Below, in pieces: positions 25,850 through 38,097 of a stretch of 64,000 nt of DNA. The stretch lies in NCBI RefSeq assembly GCF_009914755.1, contig NC_060942.1; one strand, written 5' to 3'. Made by a program: the position numbers and the translations under genes. Numbering within the stretch: the first letter of the stretch is position 1; each line of letters begins with the position of its first letter. Below the pieces are notes generated by a model, which saw only the letters and a list, made by a program, of their open reading frames with translations, made no database searches and was not told the origin of the DNA. Source of the DNA: the human T2T-CHM13v2.0 reference genome, Homo sapiens.

Positions 25850-26340
25850 TCCCTTCCCACTCTTTGTCTTGGGTCCCGAGGACTCCCTTGCCCCATGCTG
25901 TCATGGGAATCCATGGTGAGGTATAAGCTTCAGGCCCTGGACAACCTAATGTATTACAGTGTCAAGATATTAAGGATGTCTAGGATCAAGGTAGTCAAAT
26001 TTAATGTTCCCCGAATTTTACAAAGGCATCATAGCTATGCTAGCTATATTGACTACAGCCATGACCACATCATCCAGCAAGGCCACGAGTGAATTTCAGG
26101 GCTAATCCGCCGGACTCAGGGATTACAGAGTGAGGCTGATGTTGTGTGTCTCCACGGAGAGCACGTTGTACCAGCTGAAAACGCTGATGGCCAGGGAAAG
26201 GAGGATGGATGCAAACCTGTAGTAATTCATGTTCAAATCTTAGCTGCTGGCACCTGTGACTGGATTCATAGACCTCCCAAGTCCAGCCTCTTGGGCCATA
26301 CTTCAAGGTTCCCAAGTCAGGAGTGCGCCTTGCCATGTTG
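25850..26340 (+). pseudogene. Candidate decayed di-ubiquitin-like (UBD/FAT10-like) coding sequence
   Basis: Manual translation: RILQRHHSYASYID resembles FAT10 KILKPRRSLSSYGID; DYRVRLMLCVSTESTLYQLKTLM resembles DEAKRHLLQVRRSSSVAQVKAMI; frameshifts and four stops. Confidence 0.45.
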
Positions 26341-27559
26341 ACATAATTATTTTTAACTTGCTTTTCTTGTCAGAGTTTGAACATCTTTTTATGGTTTACA
26401 TCAGTCATATTTTCTCTCTATGATTTGCTAATTTAGATCCTTTGCATACCTTCCATTGTATAGTTTGCTTTTTTTCTTCTAAATTTCTTTTAATATATAG
26501 AGATATTACTTTGGATATTAATTCTATTATATAATACATTAAAATATTTTCTCCTAATTTCTGACTTATCTTTTAACTTTTTTTATTTATAAATCCAAAT
26601 CTGTATTTCTTTTTATGACACACGGTTTCTATGCCATGCTTTGCAGCATCCCAATCTCTCCTCAAAAATTTCCATATTTGTTTCTCCCTTATGGCATTTA
26701 CTTTTCTGTGTAGTTTTAAAAAATTATTTGAAATATGTTGGGGCTGTTATATGAGGCAGAGGTCTTTCTCTTTTATATTGGATAAGCTATTAGCCCTATT
26801 ACATATTTTTCCACACTGATTTGAAAGGTCACACTTAATCTAAACGAAATTTTCTTATATTCAAAGCACTGGTTTTGGATTGTTATATCCACTGATTTAT
26901 TTAAGTATTCCTATTATTATAACAAGCCTAACTATTAATAGTGTAGGTTCATTAACATCTTTCAACTATTTATGAAAGCTTTAATGTAATTATATTTGTA
27001 GCCTTTGATTTTTTTTAACCTCTTTTCCATTTTCTTTACATAGAAAAACAGTTCGATAGTTTCATCATGGCATCTAATTTATTCAAATTAACTGTTACAA
27101 TGAATGTAGTGGCTTCTAGGTTTGAGGGGTATTTCAGAGTTTTTATTTGTGGGACCAAGTTCCAGTATCTCAAGAACTGAACTTTTCATTATCTCAATAA
27201 GGTTATTATTTTATCATTTATTTTACAAATAAATTGTTTCATTTAGCTTTCAATCACCTGCTCAGCAGTTGACGTCTCTGAATCCTAAGAAGCCCTGATA
27301 ATTATAGCTTTCACTTTCAAATCTTTAATGATTTATTTGATTTTTATTGGCGGTAAGGCCACCTGGCACAGTTAGATGCTTTTGCAGGTTTGTGATGCCT
27401 GTCACTTTTCTCTGTGAAGTTCCATTTTGATGTCATTCAGTTTTCAGCTTATGAACCTCGGCTTAAGATTTATTATGATCCATGTGGAGCAAAAGGCAAA
27501 TGACTGATTTCTTCTCCCAGGATTTGTGATTTTAAAATTTTGTATATTTTCTTTCTTTC

Positions 27560-27670
27560 TTTGGACTGCAAATTACATGAGTGCAGGGACTTCCGTTTGG
27601 TTCATTGCTTATGGCAATGACACAGTAAGCTCTCAATAAATATTTGTCACATGGATGAATGAATGAATAT
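27560..27670 (+). mobile_element. L2 3' end
   Basis: 'ctctcaataaatatttgtc...gatgaatgaatgaat'. Confidence 0.7.
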
Positions 27671-28150
27671 ACTAAATCTATGACATTGGTAACATAATTA
27701 GGCTAGTGAATTTATCTCAAAGCAAAGTGGTAACAGAACTGTCAAATATAATTTTCACAAAGTTAAATAAAAAATCATTACTCTCCTAGATATAGAGAAT
27801 GAGCGCATGTCAAACATTTATTTCATTTATTAAAAAGAGAATCAGCAGGATGATAATGTTGGTAAAAATGATAAGGAACATTATAAAGGACTGACTGTTA
27901 ATAGGCATTTGATTTAAAATTTAAAATAAGTTTACTCAGTTAGATACTAAACTGGTTGCTGTCTTGTAGGCAATGTAATATTTGGGGTTATCTGTTCTAT
28001 TGGACAGAAATCATTTGCATTTCTAATGGACAAAAAATTATTTAAAAACATAACTTCACAATCTGGGCCTCTGATCAATAGCAGATAAGGAATCCAACAA
28101 TGACACACTTTCATAGATGATTAAATAATCCTGAAGTGCTCCTGTTAAAC

Positions 28151-28474
<324 letters not shown>

Positions 28475-29209
28475 TTATTTCAAAATGTTGCATATTTTTC
28501 TTAAAGAATAAATGAGTAAACTGGAAATACTCAATTATTTTAAGTCTGGCCCTTGATTTGATAGCATTTTCTCCAGTCAGAAGTCACTGAAGTGATGTCA
28601 TTTTTGCTTATTGTCCTCTTCTACATACAGGAATTTTCATATCTTTCTATCCAAAGCTAAAATTTCTGATAATGGTTAAAACATTAAAGACAACTTGGCA
28701 TATAAATGCATCAGAACTTTTATATGCCTCTTTATATGTCTCTTGATAGTGCTTAAATCCGTAGTAAGATCTTAAGTGTTAGGAAAGAAAAATCTTCATT
28801 ATGTTTAGAACTTTGAAATAAAAGGCAAAATTTACACCCACCTGATGAGGCATTGGCAAAGGCAGTTGTGGCCTCAGAAGAAATAGCAGGAACCTTCCAC
28901 TGGTCAAGACTAGATTGGGTCCATTTGGACAAAATAAGAAATTCCTAGAGGAAGATATGGTTTGGAAATAAGAGAACAGACCTTCTAGACCAGATTAGCC
29001 ACCTATAAGTGTAAATTTGGATTAGGCATAATCCCAATATTAGGTTAGACATTTGGAAGAGATAAAATGGATTCCAACTGTGAATATATTTAACTAAACA
29101 AGGAAATGCTTTTTAACGTGAATTTGTGTAAGGAAGTTTTTGAAATGTAAACAAATATTTTTGGCGACATGGTATAGATTATGACTTACATATTGCTATC
29201 AGTGAACTC

Positions 29210-29212
<3 letters not shown>

Positions 29213-29242
<30 letters not shown>
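29213..29242. repeat. (AC)15 microsatellite
   Basis: Direct reading. Confidence 0.97.
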
Positions 29243-29244
<2 letters not shown>

Positions 29245-29467
29245 CAATTTATAATGTTAATACGTGTATTTTGTTTTGGATCCTAAAAGGGTATTCTAAT
29301 TTCCTGTAGAGGTCGCTTTTGGTATAACCAACACATTGAAGGAGCAGGACTCTGGGTGAAGTAAAGGGAACGTGTTTTCTCATTAACGCCGCTGCGAACC
29401 AACTCTGTGCAGTTGTTCTTCTTTTGCCCTTGGATAAAATTCTGCAAAGGCCCTGCTGCTTAGCTGA

Positions 29468-29535
29468 TTGTTTTCAGATAATGGAAATACCTTTGAGCAC
29501 TTTGTTTTCAGATAATGGAAATATCTTTAAGTACT
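29468..29535. repeat. 34-bp tandem duplication
   Basis: ttgttttcagataatggaaatacctttgagcact / ttgttttcagataatggaaatatctttaagtact. Confidence 0.9.
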
Positions 29536-30595
29536 TTGGTTCTCCAAAAATAGTCTGAGTTCCATAATTAATATGTCTATTTAAAACTCCTTTCCACCCG
29601 CCCGGAGCTCAAGGCTTCTGCGAGTGAGAAGCTTCATTGGAGAAGGGGGATGTGGTTGGCCTCATTTGTTTTTAACAACACTCCTTCTCGATGTGGGAAG
29701 CTGAGACTTCCAACTTCTCTGTGGTTGAACAGGGGAATGGGGAGAACTAATGGAAATGAAAATTTCTTCCTGACTGGAGGTGACTTTTTGTTGTTGCTTT
29801 TTTTTCTCCTTGGCAGTGAAACGGACTTAGGGCATTTTGTGTGTTTCTCAGAGACCCCACGTCACTGGGGGTTTCTCACCTCTGGTTTCCTGATACAGCC
29901 TGGTCCCTTAGACTCACCCCTTAGACTGCAAAAGACTCTCTGTTGGGATCCCATCACCTCTCCAAATGGTTTTCAGAGGCAAAATCTTCTTAAGATAGTT
30001 CCTGTTGAACCCTGTTCTATTTTTCTCTGCTACCACTTCTTATCCAACAGACATAGAATAATTATAAATTATTTCAGGGGCTATTTTTACTTTTTGGGGA
30101 AATATGTATTAAAAACATGAAAACATGACCATATAAACTCTCAAGGTCCTGGGGTATCCTATTTTGTAACCATCAGTACAGGGAACTGCTTGAGTATTAA
30201 GACACATTCCTATCAAAGGCTCAGGCAAGCCTCATTTCTAGAGTATACTATACGGCCTACAACAGGCACCCTCTGGGCTCAAGATCTAGAGGCCAAAGGA
30301 AGGGAGCATTAGAGCTTGCATCCCAGATCATGATCTACAAAAGGGGTCCTAAGATGGTAGAATGCCAGTTAATAAAGAGTGTCACTCTTGGCCTAGATTC
30401 TTCTCACAGGGCATGGCAGTGGGCTCACTGAGAATCTCACTATTGTCCACTTGCAATCTAACATTCACAGTGGAAATTTTATTGATTATTTTATTAGCAA
30501 GCATTCTTTTATCACTTGTTATTTGTCTAGGTCATGAAACACACAATTTACTGTAATAAAGGATATAACATACATTTAGGGGGGCAAGATGCATA

Positions 30596-30957
30596 CAGAA
30601 GTTCCTTAATTCACACTGGGATTATGTTTACCTAAACTCATAGTAAGTTGAAAATATCATAGGTTGAAAATGCATTTAATACATCTAACAAAATGTCACA
30701 GCTTAGCCTTCCCTACCTGACACATGCTCACAACACTTAGATTAGCCTACAGTTGGGCAAAATCATCCAACACAAAGCCTATTTGATGGAACAGTGTTGA
30801 GTATCTCATGCAATTTATTACAAGCTGGACTGAAAGTGAAAAACAGAATCATTGTATGAGCACTTGAAGTATGATTTTTACTGAATGCATATTGATTTTG
30901 CAGCATTGTAAAGTTGAAAAACCATAAGTTGAACCGTCATAAGTCTGAGGCCACCTG
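30596..30957 (+). mobile_element. MER47A Tigger-family MITE
   Basis: 'gttgaaaatgcatttaatac...ttagcctacagttgggcaaaatcatc'; cag...ctg ends with TA TSDs. Confidence 0.85.
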
Positions 30958-31357
30958 TAATTATAAACTAATTATGATTTTACAATATGAATATTAAAGA
31001 TGCTACTATAAGAAAGTGCTAAATTGTGTAATATGGATTATAAGTTGTGCATGAGTTCAGGGAAATTGTGGAAGATCAAGAAGACTCTAGCAAATGGCAC
31101 TTTTCTGAAACTGTTCCACCAAAGCCTATAATTGCTTTCTGGTTGCAAAATACACATTCTTCCATATTCCCTTGTGGAAATATGTGGTTGGCTTCATTTG
31201 TTTTTAACAACACTCCTTCCTGAAGTGAAACTTGTGTTCTTGGCAATATTTGACACAACTGACCACTCCCTTCTTCAAACACTCAGCTTCCCTTGGTTTT
31301 GACTCTCCTGCCTCTGCCATTCCTCAGAAGCTTCTCATTCCTCTTTATGGACAGCTC

Positions 31358-31476
31358 TTTTTCCTCCCTCCCTTCCTTCCTTCCTTCCTCCCTCCCTCCC
31401 TCCCTCCCTCCCTTCCTTCCTTCCTTTCTCTCTCTCTCTCTCCCCCTCCCTCCCTCCCTCCCTCTCTCTCTCTTTT
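31358..31476. repeat. (CCTT/CCCT/CT)n polypyrimidine tract derived from an Alu tail
   Basis: About 118 bp of only C/T. Confidence 0.95.
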
Positions 31477-31752
31477 TGGCAGGGTCTCACTCTGTTGCCC
31501 AGGTTGGAGTGCAGTGGTGCAATCATAGTTCACTGCAGCTTTTAACTCCTGGGCTCAAGTGACCCTCCTACCCTTTCACCTCAGCCTCCCAAGTAGCCAG
31601 AACTACGTGTGTGTCACCATGTCCCATGTCCCAGCTCAATATATATATATAATGTTTGTTTGTTTGTTTGGTTTTGTAGGGTCTCACTATGTAGCCTAGG
31701 CTGGTCTCAAACTCCTGGCCTCATCTGATTCTCCCACATTGGCCTTCCAAAT
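31473..31752 (-). mobile_element. AluJ
   Basis: 'cagggtctcactctgttgcccaggttggagtgcagtgg...ctcctgggctcaagtg'. Confidence 0.9.
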
Positions 31753-32304
31753 TCTTTTTTTGTTTTATGAATTGGTATGTTTCAGGATTCCACCACCACC
31801 TGCTTACCTTATCAGTCTGCACATTCTCCAAGGGCAGTCTCATTCACTAGCATTTATGCTGGTGGTTCAGATTTAAATCCTTTCTCCTGAAATTCTAAGC
31901 TTTCCCTCCAGATCTACTCACCTGGTCCTCTGCTGAACACTTCCATTTGGAAGTCTCACAGGAAAAAACAAACAAGAAACCCTACTCATTACATCCTAAA
32001 CAGAACTTGTCACATTCTTCCCACCATATCTTTTCCTTATTCTCCTGTGGTTCTTTTCTGTTTAAGTGAAGTAAATGCTTGTTTTCTGGTGTAATTTGAA
32101 TTTAAAAACCCTACTTGCTTTCAAATGTTTATCTTATTTTCAAACTTATACAGCTCTTAAAATTTTCAGCCTTGATCAATTTCTTTGGTTTACATTATTT
32201 TAGCCAGAGATTCTTTCTTAAAATATGTCACCTTCAGAGATAGAATTAGGTCCAGCAGCACCTATTTACAAAGAACAAAGCACACTAATCTAATTAAATA
32301 TCAA

Positions 32305-32550
32305 CTAATAATAATCATGATTTATTGAGTACTTACAGTGTTCCATGCATTTCACTAAGGGATTTTCATTGTATTTATTTCTCATAATAAATAAGTAGTT
32401 ACTGCCATGTTAAACAAATAAGGAAGCTGAAGCATATGAAGTCTAAACAACTTTACCAATCTCTACTGGCTGAACTACATGGTGAAGAAATAACTAAAAT
32501 GCAGATCCTCTGACTCCAAAACTCATGCCCATAACCATTTACTGTACTGA
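32305..32550 (-). mobile_element. MIR
   Basis: 'atttattgagtacttac...ggaagctgaagc...ctgactccaaaactcatg'. Confidence 0.75.
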
Positions 32551-32717
32551 GTACACTGTCCTGGCAAGGAGAAAAACTTCAACAGAAAGTGAGTTAGGGC
32601 AGGTACATATTTTGAGACAAGAAGGCTATACAATGGCTTAGGTTCCAGGATGCTGGCCAATACCTTGTAAAGAAGAGAGATACAAGAGCTCTATGAAGCC
32701 AAGAGCAGGAGGGCATC

Positions 32718-33154
32718 TGTCTTAGTCTGTTTTTTGTTGCTATGACAGAATACCTGAGACTGTGCAATTTATGAAGAAAAGAGGTTTATTTTGGCTCATA
32801 GTTCTGGAGGCTGGGAAGTCCAAGATCAGGTGGCCACATCTGGTCAGCTTCCTGTGAGGGCCTTGTGCTGTGATATAATGTGGCAGAGAAGTGACAGAGA
32901 AAGTAAGCATGGGAGAAAGGATCAAAACACAAGGGGTGATCTCACTTTATAACAACCCACTCTCACAGTAATGAATCCAGTCCCGTGAGAATGAGAAATC
33001 ACTCACTTCTGAGAGATGGCATTAATTCCATCATAAGAGTGGATTCCTCATGATCCCAGTGCCTCCCAAAGGTCTCACCACCTTTCAACATCATCACATT
33101 GGGGGCCAAACTTCAATATGAGCTTGGTGGGGACAAAATATTCAAACTATAGTA
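32718..33154 (-). mobile_element. MST (MSTB1/MSTC-like) LTR
   Basis: 'tgtcttagtctg...aaaagaggtttattttggctcatagttctggaggctgggaagtccaagatc'. Confidence 0.85.
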
Positions 33155-33583
33155 GCACTGAAGTCATATGAATGGTCAGAACTCTTGATATTTAAATGGT
33201 CTTTTTGAGGCAGGACCAATTAATTTAAAAATTAAGTAGGCATTAAGAACATTAGTAGTCCAGGGTTGTAAAGCTTGATAACACATTTAACTGTTTTCTA
33301 TAGCTAAGAAGGAATACTGGTTTGATAACATTTTTATTTTAATTATATTGATGACATGATTAATAACATTAATATGTGCTAGGTAATTATAGTGCTAAAC
33401 CTCATATTAGTGTAAGAGAATAGTAAATTTTAATGCGTTGGAGAATAAGAAGGCTGAAAGAACATTGCATAGGCAATTAATTATAGTCAATAATAGGTAT
33501 ATGACTGCATTAATAGATCATGATTAACTCTTTAAGGTTCATCTGAGAGTGTTTGAAGGATATAGTGAGAGCAGAAGAACCTG

Positions 33584-33963
33584 TGTGTTAGTCTGCTCAG
33601 GGTGCCATAACCAAATACCACAATCTGGATGGCTTAAACAACAGAGATTTATTTTCTCACAGTTCTGTAGGCCAGACGTTTAAGATCAAGGTGCTGTCAG
33701 GGTTGGTCTCTGCTGAGGCCTCTCTTCCTGGCTTACAGATGGCTGCCTTCTCACTGTGTCCTCACATGGTAAAAAGGGACAGAGTTTTAGTGTCTTTTCT
33801 TTTTCTTATGAAGATACCAGTGTTACTGGATTAGGATCTCACCCTTATGGCCTTATTTAACCTTAGTTACCTCTTTAAAGGCCCTGTATCAAAATACAGC
33901 TACCTTAAGGGGTTAGGGCTTCAACACGTGAATTTTTGAACGGATAAAGTTCAGTCCCTGATA
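33584..33963 (-). mobile_element. MLT1A-like LTR
   Basis: 'ggcttaaacaacagagatttattttctcacagttctg...cagatggctgccttctcactgtgtcctcacatgg'. Confidence 0.85.
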
Positions 33964-33999
33964 AACTGAAATTCACAGATAAGCCAAGACTTCGCCTGT

Positions 34000-34535
34000 G
34001 CATTGGAGTCATTAGAAGCTAGGGCTCTAGGGCTAGACTGTCTGGATCCCAGTTCCACAAGAGAGAGTGCTACTGAAACTCCTCCCCTCCTCGGTCTTTT
34101 TTTTAGACAGAGTCTGTCACTCAAGCTGGAGTGTTGTGGTGCAATCAGGGCTCTCTGTAGCCTTGAACTCCTGACTCTAGGGATTCTCTTGATTCAGTGT
34201 CTTGAGTAGCTAGGACTACATTGTGCATCACCATGCCCAGCTAAGTTTTTAATTTTTTGTAGAAAGGGTCTCTCTGTGTTGCCCAGGCTGGTCTGCAACT
34301 CCTGGACTCAAACGGTCCTCTCCTCTAGGCCTCCCAAAGTGTTGGGATTACAGGTGTGAGCCACCTGGCCTGGCCTGAAACTTTCCTTCTTAAACACTCT
34401 CATGGGCTTTTACATGGAGGTGTTAATGACTGTGTCTATCTCACAGGATTGCTGTGATGATTAAAAGAATGAAAACATATAAAGCACATAACACAATGCC
34501 TTGCACTTGGGCAGGCTCAGAAAATGTTAGTTATT
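34000..34535 (+). mobile_element. MIR interrupted by an AluJ
   Basis: 'ggctagactgtctggatcccag' ... 'tcacaggattgctgtgatgattaaa...gctcagaaaatgttagttatt'. Confidence 0.7.
34096..34374 (-). mobile_element. AluJ
   Basis: 'tttagacagagtctg...cctcccaaagtgttgggattacaggtgtgagccac'. Confidence 0.9.
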
Positions 34536-36149
34536 ATTTTTATTGTTGTTGAATAGGTTTTAGATTTTGTCTAAATTAGGCAATGTGTTTTATATTAGAA
34601 TTTGAAAAAATAATATAAAGCATTATTACAGGAAGGTGAAATTGACATCTGAGATATTAGAAACTTCTTGTGGAACAAAGAATTTATTTAAAGCATAAAG
34701 GTCAACTTGTTTACCTCTTTGTTCCTAAGAAGTAAAAATAAATTGTTAAATAATGTGAGAAAAAATTGACTGTGCTCATAGCTGCTTGTTTGAAAAATGT
34801 CAACCTTATGAAAAATTTACAAGGATACAATGACAATACATTAATTATATCTTGAAACATGCAAATAGAGGTCAATGTTTAAAAGTGTGAAATTTGCAAT
34901 GAAGTAGAACTTTCTCATGAAAATAATATATTATTGTAATTTTTCATGAAAACTACAAAAATGCAATGGATATAAAAGCAAAATTTAAGAAAAACTAAAG
35001 TTATGGTATTGTAATCTGGTTTCTGATATTGTTCAAATCACAATAAGCTTCTACAGTAAGTTAATACTCTCTAATGAGGGAGATCATTAGAATATTCCTA
35101 GGAATGAGTTAAATGATTTGCAGGAAGGAAATATATTAACATAATATTAATATTATGTGAATGATTGAAGAGAATGAGGTGAAAGCCACAATGTCATCTG
35201 TGACCTTACTTTGAAGGTTATATACCATTACTTCTGTGATATTCTTTTTATTAGATGTGGGTCACTAATTCTAGCTTACACTCAAGAAGAGGGAATTTGA
35301 CTCTGTCTTTTGAGAACAAGACTGTCAAAGGAATTTGCAGACCTATTTTAAAATCACCACAACATGAATTAACTTTTCTTATCATGCCCAATCTTTATCC
35401 CCTCAACAGCATAGTGTAAGAGTTAATGTATTATATTTTCAATAGAACAGTGCTCCAATAAGACATTGATTTAGGAAGTGGAAACAGGATAGAAGGAAGC
35501 TTGCAGAATCTGAATTCCTAGAGATCAACAGGGTGTGTATGTGTGTATGCATAGAGGAATGGGTGGGGACATGGATGATGTAAGGGAGGTAGGTGGGAAC
35601 TGGATGCAGGAAGTTAAAAAAGAAACTAACTAGACAGCATCTCTCTCTGTCTTCAGAATTGGTATACTTCTAGTCACTGAACAAGTTCAAGTTAAATCCT
35701 ATGATTTTAAGGGTCGTTGGTCTTTTCAGCTTTGTTTTGGCCCCAAGGTACATAAAATCTTCTTTATGTTGAGGTGCTCATATTGAATAGATTTGTTGGA
35801 AGAAACCAATTGCTTTTTTAGTGCTAGAATATACTCTTAGCTAAAGCCATAAGTCAGTATTTATTATTAGGGCTGAGAAGAGACTCAATAAAAGGAAAAG
35901 TTCAGTTTAATAATAGAACTAGAAATGTGTTTTGATGGTGACTGTGGGTTGATACTCATGAAGTATCTGATTTGCTGAATAAAACTGGACCTTCTCTTTT
36001 TGGGGAAGTGAGTAATGAGTTGTTACTGTGTGATAAGGCTTATGCAGGGCAATTAAGAGGGCTTGGCTTTTCATGGGCAGTTATTAGTTCAAATTTTCTC
36101 TCTTATCGTTCTCTTAATTACAAACCTATCAGACTTTGCATACTTAAAA

Positions 36150-36655
36150 CATTTTATTTTTTAATTATTAAGGATACATAGTTGTATGTATTTATGGGGT
36201 ACATGTGATATTTTGATACAAGCATGCAATGTGTAATGATCAAATTAAGGTTATTAGCATATCCATACCTCATTTATCATTTTTTTGTGTTAGGAACATT
36301 CTATTTTCACTCTTTTAGTTATTTTGAAACATACAATAAATTATTGCTAACTACAATTGCTCTATTATGCCTCTGAACATTAGATCTTATTTCTCCTACC
36401 TAACCATATTTTTGTACCTATTAATCTTATCCTCTTTATCGCTCACTCTTCACAACCCTTCCCAGACTCTGGTAACCATCATTCTACTCTCTAACTTCAT
36501 GACATATATATATATATATATATATATCTCCCATATATGAGTGAAACATGCAATACTTCTCTTTCTGTGCCTGGCTTATTTCACTTAACATAGTGTCCTC
36601 CAGTTCCACTCATGATGTTGCAAATGATAGGATTTTATTCTTTTTTATGGCTGTA
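36150..36655 (-). mobile_element. L1MA 3' end
   Basis: 'tatttatggggtacatgtgatattttgatac', 'ctggcttatttcacttaacatagtgtcctccagtt'. Confidence 0.88.
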
Positions 36656-37439
36656 TTGATTTGGGAAATATTGTCACTTTGATCTCTTGTGTTCCTTTTA
36701 TCACACCTCGTTGAATTTTCAGTGTCTGCTGACTCTATAACAACATTGTTAAAGTCTTTTCACTGAGGCATGTACAATGAAGAATCAAAGGGCTTTTATT
36801 AATTAATATAAAAATATTTGTAAAACAAATGTTAATGTTTGTTGCTATGGAGCAGATATTTTCTTCTTGGTAGAAAGCAGAACATGGCCCTGGTAAAAAT
36901 GGTGAGCATCTTGACTGCATGTGTGTTCCCTCATATCCCTGTGCCTTTCTTAACTCGTGCTGCTCTCTAGCTTTCCAAAGCCTACATTTCATTTTGCCAT
37001 TTCAAACTGCGTGTTACTTTAAGTACCATCTGTCCCCAAATATTTCTCTTAGTCTACCATCTAGGGATTACCATCCCCTTCAACACCATCTTATAGCTTG
37101 ATGTTAGGAGAAAGACAACACAGTTAAAGCAATTCACGAAGAATATGTATGATTAATAGCCTGCCACATCTTAAAAGTGGGTTTGCATTTGAAATAAATG
37201 CAGCAGCAAAACCAGTTGACCCAGATTAATCTCTTGATGATAGATTGCAGGCTTTGGGAAAAGTAATAAAGAAAAGTAATGAAATTCAAATCATGTAGAT
37301 GACATGTTTGAAGTAAGAGTGGAGAATTAGAAAGAGTTTTTATCCTCCTCAATTTTATAGTTCAAAGTATTTTCTAGTCTATTGGATAGGTTTTCCTATT
37401 CTACTGCTTGCAGGCAGACTGCAAAGTTAGAATTAGAGA

Positions 37440-38097
37440 AATGAACTAAATGTTCCCGTCATTCACCCACCTGCTTAGGACAGAAACTTTGGAGTTTCAT
37501 CTTTGATTCTTTACATCCTCCCGCATCCCATACTGAATTTGTCACAACCCTGTAGACTCATCTTTCCTGATGCATCCAAGTCAGACCACTGTGCCCCTCC
37601 CACAACTTCTACCCCTAGTACGAGGCACCATCCTTAAAACTCACTTTCCACTATGCTCTTTTGCTCACCACGTTCCAACTATGTCAGCCTTTCTGCAATG
37701 CCTGGAACATGCATTTTCCTGTGTCTAGGCATTTCGTTTTGCCATTCCTTCTTCCTCCTCCTTCCTCTTCCTCTTGGAGGGATATCTTTCCCCCAATATT
37801 GACATGCACCCTACCTCTTTTCAGCCAGATCTTTCCTCAAATGTCACATCACAGAATATCCTAAACATCCTATTTAACAAATCATTGCCCTCACTCTCAG
37901 CTATCTCCTTGCCCTGATTAATTTGTTCATAACCAACCCCCAACATTTGTTTACTGTCTTTCTACCTCCCTAGAGCCTATGCTTCCTGTGGCCAAGGACT
38001 TTGTGTTTTATTTATTGCTGTATTCCCAGGACCTACACACACAGTGCTTGATATATAGTAGCTGTTTGCTAAATATATTTGAATAAATAAATAAATG
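37440..38097 (+). mobile_element. L2a 3' region
   Basis: 'ctcaaatgtcac', 'ttattgctgtattccc...cagtgcttg...aaatatatttgaataaataaataaatg'. Confidence 0.75.

Larger units (their letters stand above)
25140..26960 (-). mobile_element. Old L1ME-type fragments, interrupted at ~25436-26342
   Basis: Degenerate L1 reverse-complement motifs, e.g. 'tttgaacatctttttatggttt', 'tcctttgcataccttccattg'. Confidence 0.55.
31120..32080 (+). mobile_element. L2 ORF2-region fragment, split by an Alu
   Basis: 'atttgacacaactgaccactcccttcttcaaacact...cttggtt', 'acacttccatttggaagtctcacagg'. Confidence 0.65.

Noticed and set aside
26070-26336. Minus-strand 88-aa ORF with a good Kozak context (aacATGg)
   Set aside because: No recognisable similarity; the plus-strand UBL-like reading explains the island better, though strand is not proven.
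29650-30120. 156-aa ORF in unique sequence
   Set aside because: No recognisable domain or coding-like composition; likely chance.
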